A DNA stretch of 64,000 nucleotides from Tubiluchus corallicola (Eukaryota > Animalia > Priapulida), in NCBI GenBank assembly GCA_030141605.1, contig JAQGDQ010000348.1, forward strand, positions 124,001 through 188,000, written 5' to 3'. The notes beneath the pieces are model-generated. The model had not been told where the DNA came from and searched no databases. It was given only the letters and a program-made list of their open reading frames with translations. Each line of letters begins with the position of its first letter. Within the stretch, counting starts at the first letter, position 1. Position numbers and translations under genes: made by a program. Shown here one piece after another: positions 55,388 to 64,000 of the stretch.

Positions 55388-55732
55388 GTATGTCCATTTT
55401 CACATCACCATCATTGACTTTTTATATAGTCATAATATAAATATCTGAATATCGTCTGAATATCTTAGAATAGCTCTGTACTTCAATTTTCGCTTTCACA
55501 AATACGTGCAACACGCTCATGAAATGTTTGCGCTGTTGAAAATTACGTTCGTTTGTGATGTCATAAGTAGTTGGACTCACCTGCCGTTAATTAAGATTTT
55601 AATCTATTATTTAATTATCAGAAGCGCCTTTGCAGTGTTTTTAGCATTAAACTGTAACCTTTTTCCTACTTAAAAATATGGTTGTGTATGAAAAATTTAT
55701 CCTGTCTTCCTTTAATGCTACATCTTCTTTAG

Positions 55733-55872
55733 GCAAACACAACGAGTGCGGCGGAAGTGAAGAAAAGGGAGACGTTATCTGACAAATACGAGAGGCTGCG
55801 AAACGACATCAGTAGTTTGATTGATAAAATCAAGCCTAGTGACGAAGATGCAGTCGAGAGTGAATATTTTAG
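55733..55872 (+). CDS. NPHP1: Nephrocystin-1 exon 3
   Basis: tctttag|GCA...TTTAG|gtaaaa, 140 nt, phase 0/2. ANTTSAAEVKKRETLSDKYERLRNDISSLIDKIKPSDEDAVESEYF. Joins in frame to 57934. Confidence 0.8.
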
Positions 55873-56328
55873 GTAAAATCTTACTGCATTATTATCACAC
55901 ATTTCATTTGCAGTTGTGATTGTTAGGTGTGATTGATTAGGTGGCGTATACTACTAAAGCTTAAGTTTAGGTGACATTACTAAGACTGGCTTCATTTCAA
56001 ACACTTTAAAGAAACGCACATTTGTAAAAATACAAAAACAAATAATTTTAGAAGGCTAAGTTAAATTGCTTGACAGTAACAGATTTGATATGTGCTGCCG
56101 CCTACATTTAAAATGATTTATCATTGAACTGAGTCAAGTTTAATCCAGGTTGTGGCCTTGGTCAGTGCTGCTCGACTTGTGTGTGATAGTGTTGATTGCT
56201 AGTGTGTTTTACTAGGCAATCAGGTAAGCTGAATGGGTGCATGCGACTTGGGTAGCTCTGCCAAGGCCAGCCTGGGCTTTTTTCTTCTTGAGCATTGTTG
56301 GTCATTGGTCACCATGTGTCTTCTTTCC

Positions 56329-56640
56329 TGTAAATAATAGTGCAATACGTAAATAGAAATAAAGTCTTCACAGTTCAACACAATTTCATATTCTTTGTTT
56401 CAACAACCAGAGTAAACCAGTCTACACTAACTTCAGTCTCTCACAGCTCAACACAATTTCATATTCTTTGTTTCAAGCACCAGAGTGAACACGTCTACAA
56501 CAGTCTACACTAACTTCAATCTAATATACTTCAAGCTCTCTACAAACTCAATACTTTTTTGCTGTCAGCTAAAACACTAAAACCCTAAAACAGTAGGGAT
56601 GCATTGAATATTAGTATCACCTATTCTACCCCCCCCCCCC
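56329..56640 (-). mobile_element. Possible LTR remnant with adjacent polypurine tract and an internal 74-bp duplication
   Basis: TGTAAATAATAG...CTATTCTAC inverted ends followed by a C-run (G-run PPT on the - strand). Duplication at 56367/56441. Confidence 0.35.
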
Positions 56641-57933
56641 GATCAACATAAAAATCCAGGCCCTTAACCCTTTCACTGTGTAGTTGCTTTTTAACTGGGC
56701 TGCATCATTTGACAATAACTTCTTGTGGTGTGTTACTAAAACAGAATCTTGTACATAGACAAATAGCTATTTGTTATTAAGCATTATTATTGAACATAAG
56801 TTTGATTCATACACATGCACACACATCCACTCACACGTGCACCCCACACAGATAAGCACATACTTATATTTAGAAGCCAATCTTCACAAAAGTCATATTA
56901 CTAATCCATAATACACAATTATTTTATAAAAATGCAGAACAAGCGACTAAACATACGTTTCACCAACGATCAACAGCCAATTTTGCATGAGAACTGTACT
57001 ATACAATACAGTATTGTGGAATGCATCTGGCTTCAGGCACTGATTGGTTGGTTAGCATTACTTGTTGCGAAGCAAACACAATCCCACAGCTGTTAAACTT
57101 TTCTACAATGTTTTGCATGGCCATAGTAGTGAAATAAACAGACCCGGGTGATTGCGCTTGGTGCTGAGCTCGGACAGCAGTCTGCCGACTTCCGTCCCTT
57201 ACAAGAAAAACATAGTGACTTCCGTAGTGAAAGGGTGAAACTTCGGTTGTAATCACTAAAGCTTCGGGTGAACCTGTAGGATACTGAATTTACTTTTTGT
57301 ATAATTGTGACTTTCGGTGAAAATTATATTAAATAAATCAAATATTGCCCTATGATACTTATAATTTTAGAAAAAATTATCCCAAAAAGCTGATGGTAAA
57401 GAACAAACACATCGCAACTGCTGACTTGTTGAATTCTGTTTCTGTTTCTGTATTATAGCTCGAGGAATCCAATGCACCACTAGTGTACACTAGTTGTGCC
57501 AATGCGCAATTATCTGTTTGGCGATACGTGATGAAATAAATTAATGAGAACTCGAGCTAGTAAACAATTATACTATTGCAGTTTTGCTAAAATACTGTTT
57601 TTGTTGATTGTACAATAATTTTAAGAGCTTTTAAAATACTTCATACTTTACTACATAACATTGAACTTGGTACAAACACACATTTATTAATCAGAACAAT
57701 TTTACACTGATCACTACTAACTTAAAATGATAAAACATCGTAAACCGATCACCACTAACTTAAAATGATAAAACATGAAATCGCTTATTTGCATGAAGTT
57801 GACACAAAACACTTTTGATAACATGTGAAGGTTTGTCGAAATTTATTTGTTGCTTTGTAGTAAGTGTGCATCAATTCAGATGTTTTAGCAGATTTCTTAA
57901 TGTTTCCATTACATGATTTTGCCATTATTTTAG

Positions 57934-59024
57934 AAAAGTGACAACTGAAGGCCTAGATGATGAAACAGACGAGGAGGAAGATAAGAGAAAGGAAGGAAAG
58001 GAGACTGTAGCTGGGAGAAATGAAAAAGATGGGCACGAAGGTGGTGAGGAAGTGGAGAAAAAGTCATCAGAAAAAAGTAGTTCGGAAAAAGTTGCACCAG
58101 AGCAGAAAAGGTCGGGTATTCTTCGCAGTGCTGCTGCTTCTTTAAAACAGAAGGTGAAATTTGAAAGAAAGAAAAAAGAATCGAAAGAAAAAGTAACGAC
58201 TGAAATGGCTGTTGAACCGACAAGAAGTGGGGAGGATACTGCGGAGCCGTCAGTTGTGCCCAGCACGTCTGCAGAGCCATCTGCTGGAGAGACTGAAGCT
58301 GCCCAGCCAGTGTCTACAGTCAAAGAACCTTCTGATGAAGACGAAGAGACTGATGAAGAAGAGGAGGAAGATGAGGAAGAAAGTGAAGAAGAAAGTCATA
58401 CTGAACCTACTACAAAAATCCAAACACCATTGACCAAGAGAGTTGATGCACAAGAACCCGATGATGAAAGTGAAGATGTCAGTGATGAAGAGGATGAAGA
58501 AGCTGAAGATGAAGAGGAGGAGGAAGAGGACGAAGATGAGGAAGAAGGTTATGATGAAGAGGAAGACGAAAAAGAAACAAAAGAAGCAGTCATAGACGAG
58601 GAACAAGGTAAGGAATCCATAGAAGCGGCTGGAGATAAAGCTGATGATGCGGGAATAGCAAAAGCAATCATTCAGAAATACGAGGCGATTGGTGACTATG
58701 TGGCACAACAAGAAGGTGACCTGAGCTTTAGAATCGGCGAAGTATTAAACATTATCAACGTCAGAGATGATGGATGGTGGACTGCTGAGAATAAGGACGG
58801 TGTACGTGGCTTGATCCCGAGTACGTTTGTGAAGTCGATTGGCGATGACGTTGAAGCAGATGAAGACGAGGAGATAAACGACGACGCTGGCCTTTCGAAA
58901 AGTTCTCGTTTGTGGCAACAAATCAAGCAGGCTGTATCTGAAACCAGTGTGACGGATGTCTTGACTGCTTTTGGAGCACTTCCTGCCGGATTTAGAGCAT
59001 CTACTCTAGGCAAGGCTGCCCAAG
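57934..59024 (+). CDS. NPHP1: Nephrocystin-1 exon 4 (1091 nt): acidic linker, SH3 domain and start of the NPHP1 homology domain
   Basis: SH3 motifs YEAIGDYVAQQEGDLSF..GWW..GLIPSTFV. TDVLTAFGALPAGFRASTL matches human VDVLTTMGAIPAGFRPSTL. Junctions ttttag|A and CAAG|gtatgc (phase 1). Confidence 0.95.
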
Positions 59025-59883
59025 GTATGCTACCGCTTGACTTGCAATTGCAGCTTCCAAACGGTTACAAGTTTATTAGTTGATTATTCTCCTGTCAGTG
59101 TAGAAATTTTGTAAAGGAAATGAGAAAAGATAATTTGTGTGCTTGCAAACAAAAACTGTCCAGAAGTCGGCATAGTTGAAACTACGTTATGATGCTGCAA
59201 AGTAGAATGACCCAAAAATTTGGTCAAATGTCACTTTTCGTTTTGTATAGAAACAAACGCTAAATATATTGGGCTTTTGTATTCTACCATCAAATTATCA
59301 AGAAAATGTTTAAAAAATATTAAAAGTCTAATTTTGTAGCCCGTGCCTACTTTTCTGGCTAAAAACTAGTGCTACAATTGTAAAAGACTTTTCAAAGTGC
59401 TAGAATTGTAAATTTTCAAACTCCGATAATAGCTCTTGGAAGCAGTTATTTTGCTTTGGGTTTTTTCTGTTACCAAGCCCAGATCTATTTTACGAAGAGC
59501 CATCTACTGGATTTAAACGTAACTTCCATGTGTTCTTACAAAGTCCGTAGCAACCAACATTTGTGTGGTTGCTAAGTGTTTTGTAGAAATACGATGAAAA
59601 ACAATGACTAACTTTAACAGTGATTTTCTCAAGAATATGCTTTTCAGTGTGTAGCCTGCATCTCAACTTCAACGTGGATTATCTCAGCTTAGAAATAACA
59701 TAGAGCAATAAGGTTGGTATCAAAATGATCCTCACGAAATGCAGATTCAGGATATGTGAATAACTAGAAAAAGTGAATTGCCGAATTGTGAACGATTTTG
59801 CTATGCAAGCACACATTCGTTTATTTAAAAACCTTTACGTAATGAAAGTGTGAATTAAAACAATGATATGTATAATTGTTTAG

Positions 59884-60054
59884 ACGAGTGGTTTTCTTGC
59901 AAGTCATATCTTGCACCAAAGCTCAGTACATCCAGACTTGGATTCAAGGATATTTTCTGGAACTCTAGTTCGAACAAAATGCGAGGTCATACGACCAGGG
60001 TACAGAGATATGCGACATTGGTTAGCTGTATGCAGATACCTGTAGTGGGCGAAG
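59884..60054 (+). CDS. NPHP1: Nephrocystin-1 exon 5 (171 nt)
   Basis: gtttag|AC...GAAG|gtacgt. YLAPKLSTSRLGFKDIFW...LVSCMQIP matches human FLQPELMPSQLAFRDLMW...LWSCKMIP. Confidence 0.92.
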
Positions 60055-60158
60055 GTACGTGCCAAGGTCTTTTCATTGCATAAACATTTAGCAATTCTAA
60101 TAGATACCATTAAATTGATGTTTATGATGTGAACAATTTGCTGTCATCTGTATGATGC

Positions 60159-60370
60159 TACAGTCGAATTCCAGTAATACGATTCCGCTTATAAACGAAA
60201 CTCTCAGCAGTGCGATGATTTCATTAACTCCCTGCCAATGTTATCATAAAACCTGTGTAATACGAAACTCGTTACTACGAAACCCCGTTTTATACGATAA
60301 TTTCTCAAAGTCTCACCAATATGAGTTCAATATAAAAAACCACTTGTAATACGATTTCTGCTGTGGGTCT
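60159..60370 (+). mobile_element. Tigger/pogo-like terminal fragment
   Basis: TA|CAGTCGAATTCCAGTAATACGA with repeated TA(A)TACGA submotifs. Confidence 0.5.
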
Positions 60371-60639
60371 CCAAGTAATTCTGTTTTTAAATATGCTGTG
60401 TTTGTTTTAATAAATTTACTTACTTACTTACCTACTATAAAAAGACGTTTAATTTTAGCTAAATGTCATGTATTATTCTAAGTAAATCATGAATATGTAA
60501 CATCTTGTTACATATTCATATGTAAAATCTTGTTTCTTTGTACATAGTTTATGCTAGGTTTTTCATAAATCACAGTGTCTATCTGTTTTGAGTTCAAGTC
60601 CAAGCCACGACAAAATTTCTTACATTCTCTTTGCTGCTA

Positions 60640-61021
60640 CACTCATATCTCGGTTTGCCTGTCCTCGCTTTTACGGATATTGGAAAAATCGGTTTGTTAA
60701 AAAGACCCGCATGCCATGGACACTGTCCATTGTTCCACTAGTTACATCATTACATCAGTGTAACTACTTGTGTATCACTATTTGTAATAATATTGAGTCA
60801 ATTATGCGAAGTTATTTGAGTCAATCGCCGACAGCTTTTATATACTTTTGCATAGGAGTGACCCGTACTAGACGTTTTGAGACAGTCAGGCGATTGATTC
60901 TACATTACCATGAGTGTAATACACAGCGCCTACTTATTAGTTTTGTATCGGTAACTACAGACAATAGTCAAATTTGGACCCACGTCTCCCCGCTTTTGTC
61001 CAGCAAACCGAGATATGAGTG
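60640..61021 (+). mobile_element. TA-target MITE family I, copy 2 (intact)
   Basis: TA|CACTCATATCTCGGTTTGC...GCAAACCGAGATATGAGTG|TA, 19-bp perfect TIR. Confidence 0.92.
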
Positions 61022-61082
61022 TAATGTGCATATTCATGAGAGTAACCCATCAATCGTATCAAGAGAAGTCTATGTATTTCAG

Positions 61083-61321
61083 CACAGAATATGCATGTTA
61101 CAAGTCGTCATGTACGTTGTTGTTTATTTGACGGTGCTGACGTTCTGAGCAACATTCTCACTGTGAAAGCTGCAGTTGCTGAGAGGAACCCAAGAACTTG
61201 GTTATTTCCTGTTCATACCGACTGTCCAAGTATAATGGAACCTTCGTTTTTTATCCGATCTTCTAGTACAGCCACAAACATTTCACTGTTGTTTGAAATC
61301 TGCATCTGCTTCCGTAGAAAG
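61083..61321 (+). CDS. NPHP1: Nephrocystin-1 exon 6 (239 nt); gene continues beyond the window
   Basis: tttcag|CA...AAG|gtatag. SRHVRCCLFDGADVLSNILTVKA...TWLF...FIRS...LLFEICI matches human [23 protein letters not shown]...ILFELGI. Confidence 0.94.
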
Positions 61322-61773
61322 GTATAGATGAGTTGTTTTGTTAAACGTGTTTGTTACTTTGTTCTTCTAACTTATCATCTAAGACTCCTTTTGTGTGTTT
61401 TTTGCTACGCATTTGCTTTCCGTCCTGTAGGTGGCAGCAGACTAAAATGTTCTAGAAGGTTTACCGCATTTGCTAAAATCGTAATTCATGTTTACTGCCT
61501 GGGGTAGTTCCAGAGCTAAAAGTTAGGGGCTGGGGGAAATTTGGGATTTTCGACCCTCCTACTAAAGAAAAACAACAACAGATTTTTGATATATAGTCGT
61601 ATTCTTATAATAAATAGTAGAATGATATCAAAGGTTGATAAAAATATTACTTTATTCACACTGATTTCTCTACTGACGTTGCTGCTCTGGCCTGGTACAG
61701 ATACTGTCTTATAGTGACCGCCATTTCACCGTCGTGAAACCTGGCCAATGCCTACATCAATGTAGGTATTTTC

Positions 61774-62639
61774 AAGGTAACTAAAATGAACATAAAAGGA
61801 AGGTAACTAAAATGCACATAAAAGGAAGGTAACTAAAATGCACATAAAAGGAAGGTAACTAAAATGCACATAAAAGGAAGGTAACTAAAATGCACATAAA
61901 ACGAAAGTAACTAAAATGAACATAAAAGGAAGGTAACTAAAATGAACATAAAAGGTAACTAAAATGCACATAAAGGGAAGGTAACTAAAATGCACATAAA
62001 AGGAAGGTAACTAAAATGAACATAAAAGGAAGGTAACTAAAATGCACATGAAAGGACGGTAACTAAAATGCACCTAAAAGGAAGGTAACAAAAATGCACA
62101 TAAAAGGAAGGTAACTAAAATGCACATGAAAGGAAGGTAACTAAAATGCACATAAAAGGAAGGTAACTAAAATGCACATAAAAGGAAGGTAACTAAAATG
62201 CACATGAAAGGAAGGTAACTAAAATGCACATGAAAGGAAGGTAACTAAAATGCACATAAAAGGAAGGTAACTAAAATGCACATGAAAGGAAGGTAACTAA
62301 AATGAACATAAAAGGAAGGTAACTAAAATGAACATAAAAGGAAGGTAACTAAAATGCACATAAAAGGAAGGTAACTAAAATGCACATAAAAGGAAGGTAA
62401 CTAAAATGCACATAAAAGGAAGGTAACTAAAATGCACATGAAAGGAAGGTAACTAAAATGCACATGAAAGGAAGGTAATTAAAATGCACATAAAAGGAAG
62501 GTAACTAAAATGAACATAAAAGGAAGATAACTAAAATGCACATAAAAGGAAGGTAACTAAAATGCACATAAAAGGAAGGTAACTAAAATGCACATAAAAG
62601 GAAGGTAACTAAAATGCACATAAAAGGAAGGTAACTAAA
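61774..62639. repeat. 26-bp minisatellite AAGGTAACTAAAATGCACATAAAAGG, about 33 highly similar units
   Basis: Period 26 verified (61801 to 61827). No spacers. Confidence 0.97.
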
Positions 62640-64000
62640 TCAAGGAATAAAATGAATGATTTCTTCATATAACAAGTGGATTTTTCGTGGCAAATCGAGT
62701 AATAATGTCATTGACATTCAAATGACTGTCGTTGTGAATGTTCATCGGGGCTGAACCAGTTAGTGGCTGTTCTCACATGGAATTCCAAACCCATATTTTT
62801 GACCAACCAAATGTGGAGACTTCAGTTTGGTCAGCTTTCATTTTTTTCCTTTGTTCTTAAAATGATTATGTGTTTGCATGGCAAAAATGTTTGGAAGTTA
62901 TCGATTATGCATTTTTCGTTATTCGTATTAAAATGTAATTTTGTTTTAAAATGTGTCAGTTCCCGAATGTAATTATTATAAATTGAAGAATAAACGACCT
63001 ACATATATAACTAACGTCACTTGTATAAACTAAATACTATATTAACTATCTTACATTTGTATTTATGTATATTCATGTTGCACCATTGGGTTTACACATC
63101 AAGGTATGACATTGTGTCTTTGGTTCAAATTGTTGAGTTTGACTTGTGTATAACGTGGTATAGGTTTTTTTGTAGCGCTGTATATGTGTGTAATTGTATC
63201 TATATAATCGGTGTGTATTGTGCGAATTGTAATTGTGATTACCCAGTAAAATATAAAAATATATAAAATATTATCCTGCGCCTCCAATTCATGAGGATCG
63301 TTTTGATACCAAACACCTTAGCAACTGCATGAAAGTAAAACTTTGTAAGACGTTGAAAATACATTTAATCCATAGGTGGCTCTTCGAGATTGTGATTTGG
63401 GTTTGATAGCGAAATAAACCGCAGTTGCTTTTCTCTACAAGCAAACAAAAGCAAGATAGTTTAAAACGAAACAAATCTAATGTATTTTTCTCTGCTTTTG
63501 TCTTGAATTATCTTACTTTTAACTATCTAAATGGTAATCTGATTTACAGATTTGAATATGATATCTAGTAGGAGCCCCTTTATAGCATGATTGATAAATG
63601 ACGGTTTTCCAGATGGGCGGTTGAGGGCCCAAGTTGCTCCCTATATTAGAGTTATATGTGTACTTTTTATAGTTTTAACATTTTAAAATAGTGTTGAGAA
63701 TTGACCATAATGTATTTTCGCAAACGTTTTTAAATATGAAGTTATTTTATGATTTTAATAAGATTAATCTTAACGTAAGTTATTGTCTTTTAAACGTAAT
63801 CTGATTTAAACTTCAGTCTATTTTAATTATATTATGTAATGTTTTTTAATGTAATGTAATTTAATTGTAATTTTAAATCTCAGTGTATCTTAATTAATGT
63901 GATGTAATTTAACCTTCGGGTTACAAGGATTTTTAATAAACTTAAAAAAGGAAGACAGGATAATAGGACCGTTCATACACTAGCCCATCTTCAAGTCCGA

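Noticed and set aside
57479-57494. Perfect 16-bp palindrome ACTAGTGTACACTAGT
   Set aside because: Isolated, intronic and probably part of a decayed transposon; no supporting context.
57925-59013. Antisense and alternate-frame ORFs over the NPHP1 exon
   Set aside because: Shadows of the acidic coding sequence.
60588-61148. 186-aa ORF upstream of NPHP1 exon 6
   Set aside because: Runs through a MITE (60640-61021), is out of frame with the exon and has no transposase motifs.
61774-62639. CRISPR-like array of 26-bp repeats
   Set aside because: Units are contiguous with no unique spacers, there are no cas genes, and it lies in a eukaryotic intron.

Overview
AT-rich, repeat-dense eukaryotic genomic DNA, most likely from an invertebrate bilaterian (probably a lophotrochozoan; this is inference). 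Two spliced + strand genes can be rebuilt by hand from GT-AG junctions with consistent phases. The first is a complete rapsyn gene (RAPSN): 6 coding exons at 26154-48621, 423 aa (418 aa with the proximal donor), with an MGQ myristoylation start, TPR repeats and a RING-H2 finger. The second is the 5' part of nephrocystin-1 (NPHP1): 6 coding exons at 53293-61321 encoding a coiled coil, a long acidic linker, an SH3 domain and the start of the nephrocystin homology domain; the gene continues past the window. The rest is non-autonomous DNA transposons (TTAA Kolobok-like, hAT-like, TA-target and Harbinger-like MITEs), a tRNA-headed SINE, decayed LINE fragments, minisatellites and many microsatellites. 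Almost all other ORFs in the supplied track are repeat artefacts. There are no prokaryotic features or CRISPR arrays, and I cannot support a wholly new system. The best leads are in-frame alternative splice sites that would remove key domains (NPHP1 SH3, rapsyn RING) or add a Cys motif, a minimal uORF before the rapsyn ATG, and one element family whose two copies expanded different tandem repeats.
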